Assembly: GCF_009914755.1 (NCBI RefSeq)
Contig: NC_060937.1
Direction: 5' to 3' (one strand)
Length of the DNA: 64,000 nt
Origin: the human T2T-CHM13v2.0 reference genome, Homo sapiens
Shown in pieces: positions 42,839 to 58,275 of this stretch (its first letter is position 1; every line of letters starts with the position of its first letter). The notes under the pieces are model-generated. The model worked only from the letters and a program-made list of their open reading frames with translations, did not search any database and had not been told where the DNA came from. A program made the position numbers and the translations under genes.

Positions 42839-43789
42839 TAATTGGAGTAACCCACAGACTCATCAAATGTCACTATTATCTGTGCAGTTCAAGTATCTGT
42901 TTCCCAAGTTTCTTTTATTCTCATCACATCATGTACTTGAATTACTCATATTTCTACAAAAAAAAGTTCTCTTTTTGAACTAAAAGTTGAATAGGGGTCT
43001 CATAGCACTCATTTTTAAGACTGAGAAGAGAAAATTTTATGAAAAAAATGTTTCAGAACATATTCTAAATTCACTTGCCAAAGACTAGAAGACATAGGCA
43101 GATACTTGTTAAATCTATCCCAGTGCCTTTCTGTACTACTGTGAAAACCAATAGCAATGTTATTGTCTCACACAATACTACCAATACTCCCAAATGAAAA
43201 AGAAATAATATTTCCTGGCCAAGGAAGTAGACTCCACCCTATTACAGGCCCTAACAAACTATAAAGATCATAACCTAATGTTGCATACTCTAAGACAGTA
43301 ATGTATCTGGTTTTGTTACTAAAATGAAGGACACTAGCGCATTTAATTAACGGAAATTGGTAATTGTCCAACAAAGCACCTTAAGCATCAGAAATGCACT
43401 GTTGTGTAGGATAAAGAATATGGGCTGGGTAGACTTGGATTCCATTCCTACCTCTGCAATTACTAGCTGCGTAATTTCAAGCAAGTTAATTTTTGTTTTC
43501 TGTTTCCTAACTTCTAAAAGTGAGTTGATAATATCAACTGTACTATCATTGCTGGGTTAAGTGGATTAAATGTGCAAAGGACAGCAGAGTCCTTGGTAGA
43601 GTATCATTGTACTGCAGGGCAGTGAAATCTGCAGGGAAAATAGTCTAACAGCTTAGTTCACTTCAAACCCAAGCCCTCCTACTCAGAGAATCAATAAGAT
43701 GAACTTTTCCTCAGCCCAGGGCTCCTTCCGGGCCATGACATCAATTAGAGGAACAGGTGAGAAAAATTGATAAGCAACTGTATTATTTA

Positions 43790-44298
<509 letters not shown>

Positions 44299-44363
44299 TG
44301 TGGACTAACATGAATCAGCAGGAGAAACAACAGGTCAGCAACATGTTGACGCTCTCTGTAGAA

Positions 44364-44695
44364 GAGCAGTCCCCAACCATTTTGGCACCAGGGACTGGTT
44401 TCATGGAAGAAAATGTTTTCACAGTGTGGGAGATGGTTTTGGGATGAAACTACTCCACCTCAGATCATCAGGTATTAGATTCTCATCAGGAGCACGCAAC
44501 CTAGATCCCTTACACATACAGTTCACAGTAGGGTTCGCACTCCTATGAGAATCTAATGCCTCTACTGATCTGATAGGAGGCGGGGCTCAGGCAGTAACGC
44601 TCGCTGGCCCACTGCTCACCTCCTGCTGTGAGGCCCAGTTCCTAACAGGCCACAGGCCAGTATCCGTCTATGGCCCAGGGATCCAGAGTCCCTGC
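44364..44695. mobile_element. MER1B-like hAT element
   Basis: gtccccaaccatttttggcaccagggactggtttcatggaaga...cctcagatcatcaggtattagattctcat; TSD ct(g/c)tagaa. Confidence 0.85.
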
Positions 44696-45107
44696 TCTAG
44701 AACATGCTTTCAAGTTATCCTTTTAAAGGACAAGTTATAATCTTCTCTTTCATAATTTTTTTGCCTGAGGCACAATTTTCTCCCAAACTCCTCCTCTGAG
44801 GTGCAGCTAACTAGAGCAAAATATACCCCACCTCTAATGACTATATGCTTTCCTTGTTATTTTGGTGTTGCAAACATTTCTAGTTCTTATTGCCAGAGAC
44901 ACCATGAACTGTGAGTGTACAGACAGTACAATTTTGAGCAGACCATAACTCTTCTCAATTTTCCAGTATGTTAATGGCTTCCTTACATTTTGTGATTAAA
45001 GAAACCAAGAGATTCCACGGTTTTGATGGTTCGCTTCTTGTTTTGTCTCTATCCAAGGTCTGACTCTCTAAACATTGTGTAGTGCAGGCTTTGTCGATCT
45101 TAACACT

Positions 45108-45540
45108 GTTTTTTTGTTTTAAACTTTTACTTTAAGTTCAGGGGTACAAGTGCAGGTTTGTTATATAGGTAACTTGTGTCATGGGGGTTTGTTGTACAGA
45201 TTATTTCATCACCCAGGTATTAACCCAGGTTATTAGTTATTTTTACTGATCCTCTCCCTCCTCCCATCCTCCACCCTTCAGTAAGCCTCAGTGTGTGTTG
45301 TTCTCCTCTATGTGTCCACATGTTCTCATCGTTTAGCTCCCACTTATAGGTAAGAGCATGCAGTATTTGGTTTTCTATTACTGTGCTAGTTTGCTAAGGA
45401 TAATAGTCTCCAGCTCCATCCATGTCCCTAGAAGGGCATGCATGATCACATTCTTTTTAATGACTGCATAGTATTCCACATTTTCTTTATCCAGTCTGTT
45501 ACTGATGAGCATTTACGGTGATTCTATGTCTTTGCTATTG
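45108..45540 (-). mobile_element. 5'-truncated L1PA8-PA10-like 3' end inserted into the end of a MER20
   Basis: aagttcaggggtacaagtgcagg...tcatgggggtttgttgtacagattatttcatcacccagg; decayed TSD gatcttaacactgtt / aacctcagcattgtt. Confidence 0.82.
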
Positions 45541-45640
45541 AACCTCAGCATTGTTAACATTTTGGGCTGGATAATGTTTTTGGTGGAGGTTGGGGGAGAC
45601 TGTCCTGTGCATTGCAGGACATTTAGCGGCATTCTTAGCC
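45541..45640. mobile_element. MER20 fragment
   Basis: aacctcagcattgttaacattttgggctggataat...gactgtcctgtgcattgcaggacatttagc; its first ~11 bp (caggctttgtc) lie left of the L1 insertion. Confidence 0.78.
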
Positions 45641-45656
45641 ATTTAGTGGCATCCTT

Positions 45657-48600
45657 AGCCAGTAGTCATTCAGGAGCAGGTTGTTCAGTTTCCATGTAGT
45701 TGTGTGCTTTTGAGTGAGTTTCTTAATCCTGAGTCCTAACTTGATTGCACTGTGGTCTGAGAGATAGTTTGTTATGATCTCCATTCTTTTGCATTTGCTG
45801 AGAAGTGTTTTACTTCCAATTATGTGGTCAATTTTGGAATTAGTGTGATGTGGTGCTGAGAAGAATGTACATTCTGTTGACTTGGGGTGGAGACTTCTGT
45901 AGATGTCTATTAGGTCTGCTTGGTCCAGAGCTGAGTTCAAGTCCTGAATATCCTTGTTAATTTTCTGTCTCATTAATGTGTCTAATATTGACAGTGGGAT
46001 GTTAAAGTCTCCTACTATTATTGTGTGGGAGTCTGAGTCTCTTTGTAGGTCTCTAAGAACTTGCTTTATGAGTCTGGGTGCTCCTGTATTGGGTGCATAT
46101 ATATTTAGGATAGTTAGCTCTTCTTGTTGAATTGATTCCTTTACCATTATGTAATGCCCTTCTTTGTCTTTTTTTATCTTTGTTGGTTTAAAGTCTATTT
46201 TATCAGAGACTAGGAATGTAATCCCTGCTTTATCTTTTTTCCATTTGCTTGGCAGCTCTTCCTCCATCCCTTTATTTTGAGCCTATGTGTGTTTCTGTAC
46301 ATGAGATGTGTCTCCTGAACATAGCCCATCAATGGGTTTTGACTCTATCCAGTTTGCCAGTCTGTGTCTTTTAATTGGGGCATTTAGCCCATTTACATCT
46401 AAGGTTAATACTGTTATGTGTGAATTTGATCCTGTCATTATGATGCTAGCTGATCATTTTACCCATTAGTTGATGCAGTTTCTTCGTAGTGTCAATGGTC
46501 TTTACAATTTGGTATGCTTTTGCAGTGGCTGGTACCGGTTTTTCCTTTCCACATTTAGTGCTTCCTTCAGGAGCTCTTGTAAGGCAGGCCTGGTGGTGAC
46601 AAAATCTCTCAGCATTTGCTTATCTGTACAGGATTTTATTTCTCCTTTGCTTATGAAGCTTAGTTTGAAATTCTGGGTTGAAAATTCTTTTCTTTAAGAA
46701 TGTTGAATGTTGGCTCCCACTCTTTTCTGGATTATAGGGTTTCTGCAGAGACATCCACTGTTAGTCTGATGGGCTTCCCTTTATAGGTAACCCGACCTTT
46801 CTCTCTGGCTGCCCTTAACATGTTTTCCTTTATTTCAACCTTGGTGAATCTGACAATTATGTGTCTTGGGGTTGCTCTTCTTGAGGAGTACCTTTGTTGT
46901 GTTCTCTCTATTTCCTGAATTTGAATGTTGGCCTGTCTTGCTAGTTTGGGGAAGTTCTCCTGGATAATATCCTGAAGAGTGTTTTCCAACTTGGTTCCAT
47001 TTTCCCCATCACTTTCAGGTACACCAATCAAATGTAAGTTTGGTCTTTTCACATAGTCCCATATTTCTTGATGGCTTTGTTCATTCCTTTTCATTCTTTT
47101 TTCTCTAATCTTGTCTTCATGCTTTATTTGATTAAGTTGATCTTCAATCTCTGATATCCTTTCTTCTGATTGATCAATTCGGCTATTGATACTTGTGTAT
47201 GCTTCACAAAGTTCTCATGCTGTGTTTTCAGCTCCATCAGGTCATTTATGTTCTTCTCTAAACTGGTTATTCTAGTAGCAACTCCTCTAACCTTTTTTCA
47301 AGGTTCTTAGCTTCCTTGCATTGGGTTATAACATGCTCCTTTAGCTCAGACAAGCTTGTTATTACTCACCTTCCGAAGCCTACTTCTGTTCAATTCATCA
47401 AACTCATTCTCTGTCCAGTTTTGTTCCCTTGCTGGCAAGGAGTTGTGATCCTTTGGAGGAGAAGAGGCATTCTGGTTTTTGGAATTTTCAGCCTTTTTAT
47501 GCTGGTTTTTCCTTATCTTCCTGGATTTATCTACCTTTGCTCTTTGATGTTGGTGACCTTTGGATGGGGTTTCATGTAGACGTCCTTTTTGTTGATGTTG
47601 ATGCTATTCCTTTCTGTTTGTTAGTTTTCCTTCTAACAGTCAGGCCCCTCTGCTGCAGGTCTGCTAGAGTTTGCTGGACGTCCACTCCAGCCCCTGTTTG
47701 CCTGGATATCACCAGTGGAGGCTGCAGAACAGCAAAGACTGCTACTTGTTCCTTCCTCTGGAAGTTTCGTCCCAGAGGGGAACCTGCCAGATGCCAGGCG
47801 GAGCTCTCCTGTATGAGGTGTCTGTCGACCCCTGCTGGGAGGTGTCTCCCAGTCAGGAGGCACAGGGGTCAGGGACCCACTTGAGGAGGCAGTCTGTACC
47901 TTAGAATAGCTCAAGCGCTGTGCTGGGAGATCCGCTGCTCTCTTCAGAGCTGGCAGGCAGGAACATTTAAGTCTGCTGAAGCTGCACCCACAGCCGCCCC
48001 TTCCCCCAGGTGCTGTCCCAGGGAGATGGGAGTTTTATCTATAACTCCCTGACTGGGGCTACTGCCTTTCTTTCAGAGATGCCCTGCCCAGAGAGGAGGA
48101 ATCTAGAGAGGCTGTCTGGCTACAGCAGCTTTGTCGAGGCTCGGTGGGGATCCACCTAGGTCAACCTTCTCAGCGGCTTTGTTTGCACTGTGAGGGGAAA
48201 ACTGCTAACTCAAGCCTCAGTAATGGTGGACGCCCCTCCCCTCACCAAGCCCAAGTGTCCCAGGTCAACTTTAGACTGCTGTGTTGGCAGCAAGAATTTC
48301 AAGCCAATGGATCTTAGCTTACTAGGCTCCATGGGGATGGGATCCGCTAAGCTAGACCAATTGGCTCCCTGGCTTCAGCCCCCTTTCCAGGAGAATAAAT
48401 GGTTCTGTCTTGCTGGCATTCCAGGTGCCACTGTGGTATGAAAAAAAACTCCTGCAGCTAGCTCAGTGTCTGTCCAAATGACCACCCAGTTTTGTGCTTG
48501 AAATCCAGGGCCCTGGTGGTGTAGGCACCTGAGGGAATCTCCTGGTCTGCAGGTTGCGAAGACCATGGGAAAAGTATAGTGTCTGGGCTGAATAGCACCA

Positions 48601-48850
48601 TCCTTCATGGCACAGTCCTTCACGGCTTCCCTTGGCTAGGCGAGGGAGTTCTCCAACCCCTTGCACTTCCCAAGTGAGGCAACACCCCACCCTGCTTTGG
48701 CTCACCCTCCGTGGGCTGCACCCACTGTCTAACCAGTCCCAATGAGATGAGCCAGGTACCTCAGTTGGAAATGCAGAAATCACCCATCTTCTGCATTAAT
48801 CTCGCTGGGAGCTGCAGACCGGAGCTGTTCCTGTTTGGCCATCTTGCCAG
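45657..48850 (-). mobile_element. L1PA7-like LINE-1, 5' half only (complete 5'UTR, ORF1, ORF2 endonuclease); 3' ~3 kb missing
   Basis: 5' end ctggcaagatggcc on the - strand; ORF1 fragments (47633..47914, 46732..47094); endonuclease domain (45635..46267: NIYAPNTGAPRLIKQVLRDL, VGDFNIPL, SKIDHI, SDH). Confidence 0.93.
48223..48441 (+). other. L1 ORF0-like antisense open frame (72 aa) in the L1PA7-like 5'UTR
   Basis: gtaATGg strong Kozak context; MVDAPPLTKPKCPRSTLDCCVGS resembles the ORF0 N-terminus MAGAPPPASLPPCSLISDCCAS as recalled. Expression unknown. Confidence 0.55.
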
Positions 48851-49290
48851 ACACCACCAACCAACAATGGGTAACTTTTTGAGAATTAGACTGAGTTCCA
48901 ATCCCAGCTGTTCCATTAAGTAAGCACATGACCTCAAATGAATATTTCACCTCTCAGTGCTTTATACTACAAAGATCTGTAGCCACTGGTCTCTCACCAT
49001 TACAGGACAGTATACAGAATTCAACAAAGCAGATGCAAATTGATCGTGAAATTAAATTGCATGTCTTGCAAAAGATGTAGGGTTTAGGAAGTCAGAAATG
49101 ATGAGAAATACTGGAATTGCTGGCAAAGCCACTAACAAAAGACCAGGAAAGTTAGACTTGCCAGCAACTAAAGAAGTGAAAATCAGCCATGATGATGACA
49201 TGATAGTCATTTCAAAGATCGGTAACCTTAACTTCACAAGATTAATATTCACTCTTGTGATGACTGACAATGCCCTCAATTTAACTATTA

Positions 49291-49765
49291 CAGTTGTTCC
49301 TCATTATCTTCAGGGGATACGTTCAAAGAGCCCCAGGGGATACCTCAAGCTGCAGATAGTACTAAACCCTATATATGCTGCACTGTGTTTTTTCTTATAC
49401 ATACATACTGTGATAAAGTTCGGTTTATAAATGAGACCCAGTAAGAGATTAACAACAATAGCTCATAATAAAATAAAGCAATTATAAAAATATACTGTAA
49501 TAAAAGTTGTGTGAATGTCATCTCTCTCTCTGTCTCAGAATATCTTATTTGACTGTCCTCACCCTTCTTGTGATGATGTGAGATGAGAAAATGCCTACAT
49601 GATAAGATGACCCGAGGTGAATGATACAGGATTGTATATAGTGCTTAACACTTATGAATTGTTTATTTCTGGAATTTTCCATTTAATATTTTAGGACGGT
49701 GGGTAACTGAAACCTCAGAGAGCAAAATTGCAGAAAGTAAAACTGTGATAAGGGGGGACTATTGA
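49291..49765. mobile_element. MER44-like (TcMar-Tigger) element
   Basis: Ends cagttgttcctcattatc / gataaggggggactattg; acttatgaattgtttatttctggaattttccatttaatatttt. Confidence 0.8.
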
Positions 49766-49820
49766 ATTATAGCTTTATCGCCAATGGTAAACATTTAGTG
49801 AACAATGTCCTATTGTGCCA

Positions 49821-50411
49821 CTAGGGTAGGCAGAATTCTAAGGATGCCCCCACTGAGCCCTGTATATTTCCTTCTCCTTTCAGTGTGGATGGAATCTGTA
49901 AATATGAGATGTCTCTCCTGTGATTATGTCACTTATATGGCAAGAGGAAGGTAATCTGGGTAGCCCAATCTATCCCATGAGCCCTTTATAACCAGAGAGG
50001 TTAATCTGGCTGGTAGTAGAGGGGGAAGTCAGATAAATTGGAAAAGCAAGAAAAATTCACTGCTGTGTTGCTGAAGGAAGAAAGAGGGACCATGTGACAA
50101 GAAGTGGTGGCCTCTAGAAAGGGAAAGAGGCCCTTGGCTGGCAGCAGGAAACAAGAAATGAGCCTCAGTCTTGCAAGCACAAAGAACTGAATGAATTCTG
50201 CCAACACCTGCATGACACAGAAGGTAGAGTCTGGCCCTGGGCTTCCAGACGAGAGCCCTGCCTTGCTGACACCTGTGAGACCCTGAGCACAGAACCTGGT
50301 CAGACACTCTGGGTAGGACCTGAAACCAACAGAGCTGTGAGCTAACACATGAGGATCGTTTTAAGTAGCTAAGTTTGCCATAATTCCTAACAGAAATAGA
50401 AGACTAAATAG
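49821..50411 (+). mobile_element. MLT1 (E/D-like) MaLR solo LTR
   Basis: ggtaggcagaattctaag...aagaactgaatgaattctgccaacacc...ttttaagtagctaagtttg...agactaaata. Confidence 0.75.
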
Positions 50412-50519
50412 AGCCATCCTACAACTCCAACTATGTTTGAAAAAGTGACACCAAAAAACTTGACTTATTCTTTTTTATTTCATATAATTTCACAGTTTTT
50501 TGTTACCATTATGACCAGG

Positions 50520-50839
50520 GTTTTTTGTTTGTTTGTTTGTTTGTTTGTTTTGTTTTGTTTTGAGACAGCGTCTTGCTCTGTGGCCAGGCTGGGTGTAGTG
50601 GCACGATCTCAGCTCACTGCAACCTTTGCCTCCTGGGTTCAAGCAATTCCCCTGCCTCATCCTCCCGAGTAGCTGAGAATACAGGCTCATGTCACCACGC
50701 CCAGCTAATTTTTGAATTTTCAGAAGAGATGGGGTTTCACCATGTTAGCCAGGATGGTCTTGATCTCTTGACCTCGTGATCTGCCCGCCTCAGCCTCCTA
50801 AAGTGCTGGGATTACAGGCGTGAGCCACTGCGCCCAGCC
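50520..50839 (-). mobile_element. AluSc-like with a (TTTG)n tail
   Basis: Antisense full dimer. Confidence 0.9.
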
Positions 50840-52499
50840 AATAAGAATGTTTTTATAAGCTTTAATGCTTCCACACAAATTCCCATTAAAACTTTTCTCC
50901 ACTACCTGTGATAACAGTTGGGTCCCTATTTCAAGTGGATTGACTCCAGGTAGCCTTTGGAGTTTCTCAGGTCAGCAAACGCAACAGTAGTTGACAGCCA
51001 AGGAAAGAGAAGTGATAGGAAAAGAGACGGGCAGCCTCACTCTGAGGACTGGAAAGAAAATTCAATTCTTTGCTTCTTTTCTCCGCCCTTGTCACTTGCA
51101 CAGCAGCCCATAGCTCTGGTGAAAGGGGAAGATAAGGTGGCTCTCTCCTTAAGATGGTGCACTCGAAACTCCTGACTGCACCAAGTCCTAATCCTGACTC
51201 AAATTGCCATTCTTTGAGCAATTAAGACAATTGCTGTTGCTATTATCTTAATTACTCAAATAAGCTAAAACCTCTCTTTAATTCTTAAACAGCTTCCATT
51301 TAGATTTTAGTCAACTAGGATACTGAATAATAGTTTTTAAGCGAAATTTATGGAAGCGATTAAACAATTTCAGCAGTTCAGTCTGAAACCAATTTAGGCC
51401 TTTAAGCAGGCTCATCTTCCTCCCCCACAAAATTAGACACCAAGTGGCCAAAGTTAACATTTCTTTTATTAACTCAAGTTACAGAACATACTATTGGAAT
51501 AACATCAAAATGTTGTCTTCAAAAAACTATTCTACACCATTGCCAGAACTGACTTCTGGCAGATGACAAATTGTTAGTTTGGCTGCCCTAAGTGTATTTT
51601 AGCTCCCTGGCAACAATTTGCTAGGCTCAGTCCATTTCCCAATATTATCTTTAAAAACAGAGTTCTATAATAGTATCCATTTCCCACCACTAATAAGAAA
51701 AAATAAGATCTAGCAATAGTCCCAATTCCATTTCTTTATGCCTTCTGTGCAGCTAAGCAAGATCACATAAAGTCAAAAGTGATAGTGTAGAAATGCCAGA
51801 GTCACCCATAAAGCCAGTGACAAAAATGGACCTGGAGAACAAAGTGTTCAGCAACTGAAGAAGTGAAAATAAACAAGGATGTTAAGTCGAAAAAGACGTG
51901 AAGACAGATATCTGGAAGGTGCTTTTAGGAGTACCATATCCTTCAAACACATACCCAAGGGCACAGAACACTGTCTGATGCAGCACTGCACGCAGCGATC
52001 AACGCCGTGCTGCAGTCCATGGTATTTCAGCTGAAAGGAACAAGAGTCCCAATTAAAACAGGCTTAAACTGGAAGGACATGTATTATCTCACATAGGAAG
52101 GGTGGGGAAAGGGTAACTCCAGGTTGTCGATTAATTTAGTAGCCAAGTAATATTTTACGCTACCTTTCTTCTCTGCAAGTATGTTGATATTTCCCTTTTG
52201 GGTTGCAAAATGATTCCATCAATTGCAAACATCACTTGCCTCTGCAAAGACTTCTCTAAACATCTATCTATAAGAGGGCCTCAGTGATTTGGCATCTTAA
52301 GTTACTCTCCCAGCTGAAATTTTTCTCAGATTAAATTATTTGAATTTCTTTTGTATGTGGTGTTTGGCTGGATTTATTGTTTATAACATAATTTATTTTG
52401 AGTTTTAATGTGGAATTTAAAACATTCACATTCATTGTGATAAGTGCTCTATTTGTCTTATCTGTGCCATATTATTTCATGATTTTTATTTTTTAATCT

Positions 52500-53450
52500 T
52501 ACCAGGTTTGAATCTGAAAAAAGCCTGGTATAAAGGGAGATAGAGTGGGACCAGATTATGCAGGGATTTGCTGGCCATTTTAAGAATTTAGGATTTGTTT
52601 TAGTTCAATGGGGAGGCATTGAATTGTTTTGAACAGGGTACTCCTTGATTCATCATACATCTTAAGATCAATCCAACCATTACAAAGGAGGTTGGAGGAA
52701 AGAATGGAGGCAGTAAGACCAGTTAGGAGGATGTCAATTGTAGTACACGTAATCAGCGAAGGTGACCTGGATTGGGTGGTAGCAATGGTCAGAGAGGGAA
52801 GTGAATTACTCCAGTTTAAGATCTGACAGCTACAGACTTGCCTATGAATCGGGTGTATGGCAGGCAGCCAGGAGGAGACTCAAAGATGATATTTGTTTTT
52901 GTTGATGGCATTACTCTCTGGGTAACGGAGAGGCCTGAGGAGGAGGAGAATTCATTTGCAGGGCAGACAGCATCAACAGTTAATATTTTAGACACGTAAA
53001 TTGAAGATAATCTGGGAAAACTGCCAAGTGCATGTCATGTCAGCTATTGGGCATGTGAGTTAGCTACTGCTCAGAGCAGAAGTCTAGACTAGAGATAAAT
53101 GTGGGTGTCATCAACCAACTGAGCTCCAAAAAATGCCAACAGTAGAGGCCAAGTAAAGGCAGAGCAGCCACCAAAGGAGAATAAGGGACAGACAATGCGG
53201 TGGGAGGGATATTACGATAATCGTTTTTCTGGTGTCAAGAGAGACTATTTTCTCAGAATTTGGACCCAGGAGAGATGACAGAAATTGTCATTGGATTTAT
53301 TATTACGGAAGTTATTGCTATCTTAAGGAGAGCATTTTTCATTGGAGTAATAAAGGCAAAAGGCAGGTTGAAGTGGTTACAAAGTGAATAGGACGGGAGG
53401 CAGTAGAGGCATTATGTGGTGACATTAAGCGGAAGTTTGGCTGAACGAGA
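52500..53450 (-). mobile_element. L2 LINE fragment
   Basis: ccagattatgcagggatttgctggccattttaagaatttagg; ggaggcagtaagaccagttaggagg; gaagtctagactagagataaatgtgggtgtcatc. Confidence 0.65.
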
Positions 53451-54607
53451 GAAATGGAATTTTTTTGGCATCACTTGAAAAGACCGTATCAGTCCATAAA
53501 TGCTCAATGAAGGTGTAGAATGAATCTTAACAAATAGTTATCAGTGTTGATACAAAAATGAATGCATGTCTGAGATATATATTACTGTCTGAACAGAAGT
53601 ATTAATATTGAATTCAATGTATTTCTATAATTGAAGGAACCTAGAAACAGCAGTATGTTGCAAAGAATGGAACAACTTAGAGTTATTTGCCGTTCAGTTG
53701 CTGAGCTCTGTCCAAGAGCACCCTGATTGCTGGGCTCTGTACCATGATCTTTTCAACTGCCTTCATGACCGTCTCAATCCATCTTGCACCACAGTCTTAT
53801 TACAGATCTTCATGTGAGCATCATTCATCATATAATGCTCTAGGATCCAGAAGGGAAGAATGGTGTTGTTTGAGTACTACTCCTTCACAGTAGAATTGGA
53901 CAAACCATTTACCATGTCTAATCTCAATGACATATTCTAAAAATAAAAAAGTTAACATTATTAGACTAGGCTTTCTTTTATTTTCCTTTTTATTTATACT
54001 TTCCTGTATAAATAATGCATATTATACAGGGTCATTTTAATGCATGATTTATATAATGATAGTTTATAGTAGAACTTTTTTCCTGTCTAAAATTTTAGAT
54101 TATATGACTTCAAATAATATGTTTCATTTTCCACAAAGAAGAGGTATTATACCAATTATATTTCTTATATCATCTTGATTGTGAATATTTAAATGAATGC
54201 AAACATAAAGAAAATGCAATTAAATTGAAGATCAACAACCATTTCCTGAGAATCATTTTATGAAATCATTTAGGAAAATTCATTTTATTATACGCAAATA
54301 GGTTCTGAGGAGCATTTAACTTTGAGGCTGAATAGTGATGATATAATCAAGAGCATATAATTTGGACATTTATCATTTCAATGTAGAGAAACTGCTGCTC
54401 TTATTTAAAGATAATACATATCAGTTTATAGATTTTATATCTCCCTGTAAGTACATTACCATAATCATATGTCAATATAATATCACTAATTATAGTTACA
54501 TTAGAAGGTAAGTAATTGGCATGCATTTAAAAACTAATTACTGAGTTTTATTGCCACTGAAACTCTTTGAATAAATTCAGCTATTGGGGGAAAAGAATTG
54601 ACGCTGC

Positions 54608-55330
<723 letters not shown>

Positions 55331-56336
55331 CTGTGCTCAAATAAAAATTGCCTATGGAAGTGGAATAGATTGCAGTCTCCAGTTTTGTTTTACAAGGGTA
55401 TGTGTTATAGAAAGTTAAATGTGTTGACTTTTTTCTCAGTCATAATATCATCTTGTTTATATAAAAATAGAGAAAATAATTACAGAAAACTTTATGCCCA
55501 CATTCCTTTTGTTTTTATATCTTAGTTATGGAAAGAAATCATTATTTTTTGATGATTCATAAAGCTCACTCTAGTTTCGTGATAACAAAGCATTACTTGG
55601 GTTTCAAACAATGCTACATAAACCACAGTAAATATACTTATATAAAATTAAGCATAGCTCTGCTTGTCTTCTTGGGAATTGACTTGAGGTGTATTAAAAT
55701 TTACATTTTCTATTTTGCAAATCAGAAGAAGCAAGGAGGAAAGAAAAGGATAAAATGAATACATATCATTATACAAATTAGTATGTTAAATTATTTTCCT
55801 CTCTATGCCAAGCAGGAAATGTTGTCAACACATCAGCAAACCAGACATTGTACTCTAAAATTTGACTGGCAACATTTATTGTGGAAACTCCAGTGGTTGG
55901 TATAGCCTAACTTTACGTAATGATCTCCATTATCGTTTAGGTTTGCTTAAGTGGTATTTTAAGAAAATGTGACTTGTTACAGCATACACGAAGATCTGTT
56001 TCTTATCTGAGTATAATTTACATAAATTATAATTTTCATGAAACATTAACCTTCACTTTTGTGTGTTCCTTTATTTCAGTTGATTATAGTTTTTATGTAA
56101 ATCATCCTACTAAATCTGTTTGTAATTTTAAAATTTCACTTTGTTCTGATTTAAGTCTGTTTTGCTTTTGTGCCACAAGCTATTATTTCTTGGATAAGGG
56201 CTTTTTTCCAGCGTGGGTTTTTATCATATCTTCATATTTAAATAAAATTACTAAGGAAGTAGTAATTATAATAACAAAGCTAATATAGCCAGTAATACTG
56301 TGGAGAAAATGTGAAGGTACTGTGAACTGTAGGGCT

Positions 56337-56636
56337 GGCTGGGCGCGGTGGCTCACGCCTATAATCCCAGCACTTTAGGAAGGCCAAGGAAGACAGATCA
56401 CCGGAGGTCAGGTGTTTGAGACCAGACTGGCCAACATGTTGAAACCCTGTCTCTACTAAAAATACAAAATATTAGCCGGGTGTGGTGGTGGGCACCTGTA
56501 GTCCCAGCTACTCAGGAGGCTGAGGCAGGAGAATTGCTTGAACTGGGAGGCGGAGATTGCAGTGAGCGGAGATCTTGCCACTGCCCTTCAGCCTGGGTGA
56601 CAGAGTGAGATTCCGTCTTAAAAAAAAAAAAAAAAT
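56337..56636 (+). mobile_element. AluS
   Basis: Full dimer with poly(A). Confidence 0.9.
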
Positions 56637-57449
56637 TAGTAAGGGCTGCTCAAAAGATCTTTTGCCCAGGATGAGGATTTCTCAACACAGAGGCTGGGAA
56701 ACCTTTACCCAGGCAATTTTTCTTCAGTGTCCAATATTGAAACTAGTACAAGGGTTGATTTAAAAATAAACCTTGTAATTGTTTCATTATAGAAGCTCCT
56801 CAACTTGCAATGGCTTGCCTTCTACAAAGCCATGGCAAGTCGGGGACCCTCTGTATTTCCTAAAGAGGAAAGTGCACAGTGTGAGGATGAATCCTGAGAT
56901 TCCTGTGGAACCACAAGAGAGAGAAAAACTCTTTGCAAGTGGCAGCCACAGCCTCTTAAGCCAAGGGTAGGACCTGAGCCAGAGGTGGGACCCTAGGCAG
57001 GGCAGGGCCTAAGATAGGCATGAGCAACCTGGGGAAATCATGATGCACATATATAAGCAATGTGGTGCTGCTTATATCTGTGAATATGCCCATAAAATTC
57101 AAGAGGATATAGATTTAAATATAATGTGAAAGATACGTTTGTATTCCATGTAGAATTCGTTGCTTCCAGTGAATTGGATTATTTGTTTATTCCTGGACAC
57201 TCAGCACATTTTCCTGCTCCTGGACTGCTGCTCTTTTTGAAATTCTTGCTCTCAATCTCCATATGTTCATAAAAGTTTATTTATTTTAAGGTTCAGACCC
57301 ACTTCATTTTCCTATGTGAAAATAGGAAATAGTCCCTGATGCCTTAAAGTAATTCTTCCCCATTGATGACCCTCCAAATAATTTTGTTGCACTTTGCTAC
57401 TGGCACATTACTTTCTATCACATATTGTTATTTATGTATGAAAACCCCT

Positions 57450-57625
57450 ATAGCATATAGATTAAACGTGTGGGCTCTGAATTCAAATTACAGCCTTGCC
57501 ACTTCTCGGCTGTGGAACTCTAGGCACATTAATTAACCTTTCTCTTCCTCAGCTTCCTCATGGGTAAATAGGAAAATACTACCTGCGTTGCAGGGGTCTG
57601 AGTATTAAACAAGTTAGGATACATC
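57450..57625 (+). mobile_element. MIR SINE fragment (similar fragments near 6480, 43420, 48890 and 61800)
   Basis: MIR core-like gccacttctcggctgtggaactctaggcacattaattaacctttctcttcctcagcttcctcatgggtaaatagg. Confidence 0.6.
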
Positions 57626-58179
57626 AAAGAGCATGTCACTTTCACCTGTGTTTTTCTGCACCCCAGCTGACACAGGGCCTTGCATATAATTAGGTTCTCA
57701 GACTCATGAAACAACTGGGAACATACTGATTTCTAGGAATTAGAAGGTTCATTTTAAATATTTAAAGCTTTTAATTTTTCTGTAAATATCCTGACTACCT
57801 TAGAAACAAATAATACAAGATACAATTTTTATACATAAAATCTAGAGAATTAGTTAAATTACTATTACTTAAAATATATGGGTGTATGCAATTTTCAGAA
57901 GGACTTTTTTTCTTTTTTGATTTGAAGACTAATATTGCTTTCTAGTTTTAAAATAAGCCTGCTAATTTGTAATTGCTTTGAAAAACATATTTTGTTTATA
58001 GGAACATAATGAAATTGTGATAGCCTCAGAAAAGTAGGGAAAGAGTTGGGCCTATTTTTCTACCTGTAACTCAAACATCTGCAAAAATTCTGCAAGAAAG
58101 AACAAAATCCATATGTTCTTTAATATCTAGGCTAAATGTTTATTTTGTTTGGTGTCACTTATTTTACTTCTGCTCCTGA

Positions 58180-58275
<96 letters not shown>

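Noticed and set aside
45108-48850. A single L1 with captured MER20 filler replacing its middle
   Set aside because: The 3' piece (PA8-10 type) and 5' piece (PA7 type) look like different subfamilies. The 3' piece has its own decayed TSD, with the MER20 terminus on its left.
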